Positions 63,701 through 64,000 of a stretch of DNA of 64,000 bases are shown in pieces; position 1 is the stretch's first letter, and each line of letters opens with the position of its first letter. The stretch comes from Paracoccaceae bacterium (GTDB lineage: Bacteria; Pseudomonadota; Alphaproteobacteria; Rhodobacterales; Rhodobacteraceae), in the NCBI GenBank assembly GCA_027489375.1, contig JAIXZW010000009.1, forward strand, positions 8,461 through 72,460, in the 5' to 3' direction. Made by a program: the position numbers and the translations under genes. The notes under the pieces were generated by a model. The model saw nothing but the letters and a program-made list of their open reading frames with translations, was not told the origin of the DNA and searched no databases.

Positions 63701-64000
63701 GGCGAGTCGGCATTCTTGGCGGAATGGGGCCGGAAGCGACGGTTCTGCTGATGCAGAAACTGCTGCGCGCCGTTCCCGCCACCGACGATGCCGACCACAT
63801 CCCCCTGATCGTCGACCAGAACCCGCAGGTGCCCTCGCGCATCCGCTACCTGCTCGAAGGGCAGGGCGAAAATCCCGGCCCCGTTCTGGCCCGCATGGCT
63901 GCCAACCTGCAAAGGGCAGGGGCGCAGGCCATCGCCATGCCCTGCAACACCGCGCATGTTTTTGCACCCGACATCCGCGCCGCGATCACCGTGCCCTTCA
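63697..64000 (+). CDS. aspartate/glutamate racemase family protein, 5' part (continues past window end)
   Basis: My own translation from ATG 63697 (ATGA overlap with the preceding stop): [49 protein letters not shown]...[10 protein letters not shown]. Confidence 0.75.
   Translation, partial: MRRVGILGGMGPEATVLLMQKLLRAVPATDDADHIPLIVDQNPQVPSRIRYLLEGQGENPGPVLARMAANLQRAGAQAIAMPCNTAHVFAPDIRAAITVPF

Overview
High-GC (roughly 65%) alphaproteobacterial DNA of Rhodobacteraceae/Rhizobiales type, almost certainly from a plasmid or chromid. A partition/replication module sits at 58.1-61.7 kb: a parA-parB operon, a divergent DnaA-like initiator, three copies of a TTCCCCGCGGGGAA palindrome, a tyrosine recombinase and a DUF1403/ScpB-like pair. 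Reading left to right the window holds six blocks. (1) The core general stress response (GSR) locus: sensor-ecfG-nepR divergent from phyR. (2) An orphan Panacea/DUF4065 gene. (3) A hydroxyquinol-type aromatic catabolic cluster with a five-gene branched-chain-amino-acid-type ABC importer, at 4.4-16.1 kb. (4) A stress-gene island at 16.9-23.5 kb and 43.9-47.2 kb. (5) A succinoglycan-like (exo-type) exopolysaccharide cluster with two GH16 glycanases, at 23.5-40.6 kb. (6) Two tandem paralogous kexin-like S8 proteases carrying RTX repeats, at 47.6-53.9 kb. By eye I found seven perfect sigma-EcfG promoter motifs (GGAAC-N16/17-CGTT), all intergenic and correctly oriented, plus several weaker GGAAC-N16/17-GTT variants. 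Two of these sites are palindromes that read as promoters on both strands. One perfect motif has no ORF downstream and may drive a small RNA convergent with phyR. No rRNA, tRNA, CRISPR array or transposase was seen. All functional calls come from reading the supplied translations and from motif recognition. No database search was run, and the promoter scan was not exhaustive.
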